A stretch of 64,000 bases of DNA from Vitrella brassicaformis CCMP3155 (lineage: Eukaryota; Protista; Chromerida): the NCBI GenBank assembly GCA_001179505.1, contig CDMY01000821.1, positions 186,001 to 250,000 on the forward strand, written 5' to 3'. A program made the position numbers and the translations under genes. Under the pieces are notes generated by a model that was not told the DNA's origin, ran no database searches, and saw nothing but the letters and a program-made list of their open reading frames with translations. Shown here piece after piece: positions 62,618 to 64,000 of this stretch. Position 1 is the first letter of the stretch. Each line of letters starts with the position of its first letter.

Positions 62618-64000
62618 ATGGTCATCATGGGCAACGGCTCTTCCTCGAGTAGTAGTAGCAACAGCAACGGCAACAGCAATACCAACACAACCTCTTCCCC
62701 AGCCCCCGACACCTCCAGTGAGCCACCCATGCTGCTCTCTCTGCCCGAAGACGTGCTCTACAGCATACTCATCACCTGCCTCACGCCAACCGAGCTCACT
62801 GACGCCCTCCTGGCGGTGAGCCCGTCGCTCTCGCGGACAATTTCTCATTGGGTCCTGGGGGATCTCCCGCGGGTGTGCAAGTGGCGCGAGCGGTTCGATG
62901 AGAAGGTCCAGACGCTCACACAGTTCCAGGGAGAGGTAGGGGAGGAGAGTAGTGGGGAGGGCATCTGGTTTGTCGAGGGGAGCTTCGGGGAGATGAGATG
63001 GTTGGCTCGTGTGTGTGGTTTGTGTGGGCTGGGCTGGTCAGGTGCGTGTGCTGCGGGACAGTTTGCGGGATGCGATTAACGTGATGGAGACCACCAAGCA
63101 GCAGCTGCGGGGCAGCCAAAGCACCATGAACCAGGTAAGACTCAGAAACGAGCAGCAGACAACGCGAAACGGTTTGTTGTGTGTGCGTCAGACACGTGAG
63201 GTCATGGCTCGTCGGCGGGGCCTGCTGTCGGAGCGACAGAGCCTCTCCGAGCAGGCTCTAGAAGGTCGGTCTGACCACCAACAGACCTCTCATATCATAG
63301 CCCTTCACCCCGCACTCACCACAGTGTGTGGATGCCTGTCTGTGCAGATTTCAAGGAGAGCAAGCCTTACAGCTGCCCCACTTCCTCCGCGGCCCGCCCT
63401 TCAGCCGCCCACAACCCATCATCGTCAGCATCTTCGTCTTCAGCATCTTCGTCGGGCAACGATGCGTCGGCGGCAGATGAGGAGAGTTGTCTGCTAGAGA
63501 GTGCCCTGGGCCCGACGAGCACTCAGCGGTGCTGCATCGCCATGCTCTCCATAGAGGACTTCAGATCAACCGCTGTGGAGCTCAGAGACGTCGCGACGCA
63601 GGTCGGTGGGCTGGTGTCTGGTCCGATATGTGGTGGAAAGACTTCACTGCACATCTCTGTGTTTGTGGGTGGGTGGGTGTGTGCCTTCAGGTGCACCAGT
63701 ACGGTGCGGAGGTGCAGCGTCTGGCGACCGACATGGAGGCGGCCGTGTCTGCCGTGCAGTCTCTCTGCGAGCAGCTGGACCCCAAGTCAGCTGACCTCAT
63801 GACACAGTGCAAAGACATCCGCGAAGAGGCCGAAAAACTCCATGCGGTATGCAATGCGACCACACAGACCGACCCGACACACAAACATTATCAATGTAGT
63901 GAATGGATGTGTCTCTGTGTGTGTGTATGTGTGTGTTTGTTTGTCAGGAGGAGAAGTTGGCCAGTGTGGCTCTTAAGAGTCCCGTGGTGGACCCCGTGCG
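62618..64000 (+). CDS. F-box-like protein with coiled-coil exons (partial, runs off window)
   Basis: LLSLPEDVLYSILITCLTPTEL resembles an F-box, followed by short coiled-coil-like exons (VRVLRDSLRDAINVMETTKQQLR). Confidence 0.5.

Noticed and set aside
1-64000. Most ORFs in the six-frame track (CVCVC, THTHT, PSIHP-rich translations)
   Set aside because: They are antisense or off-frame shadows of GC-rich exons, or read-throughs of intronic microsatellites, and show no domain motifs.
1-64000. CRISPR arrays, rRNA, tRNA genes, transposase or reverse-transcriptase ORFs
   Set aside because: None recognised. The 21-bp and 36-bp repeats have no unique spacers, and I saw no DDE, RT or Rep/helicase motifs.

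Overview
Eukaryotic, GC-rich, intron-dense genomic DNA with many short GT-AG introns full of (GT)n/(CA)n/(CCAT)n/(CTGT)n microsatellites and two 300-N gaps. This style, plus a protein with a signal peptide followed by a transit peptide, suggests an alga with a complex plastid such as the chromerid Vitrella brassicaformis (inference). Housekeeping-type genes mostly sit in tight head-to-head pairs: EamA/DMT with an MFS transporter, sulfite reductase beta (MET5-like) with alpha (MET10-like), BRCT-SEN2 with a NAT/NCS2 nucleobase transporter, and WDR6-like with an F-box-like gene. A predicted plastid-targeted protein and a membrane-anchored alkyl sulfatase are also present. The gaps between gene 3' ends hold duplicated or chimeric accessory material: a divergent USP peptidase, tandem kinases, a USP-pseudokinase chimera and GCP6-like fragments. 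The headline finding is that the sulfite-reductase flavoprotein carries a complete bacterial-type ATP-grasp ligase fused in frame at its N-terminus and is transcribed divergently from its hemoprotein partner. Also notable are a BRCT-SEN2 fusion and a recurring AGCTCGCA motif in the bidirectional promoters. Gene models were spliced by hand, and family calls rest on recalled consensus motifs, not on database searches.
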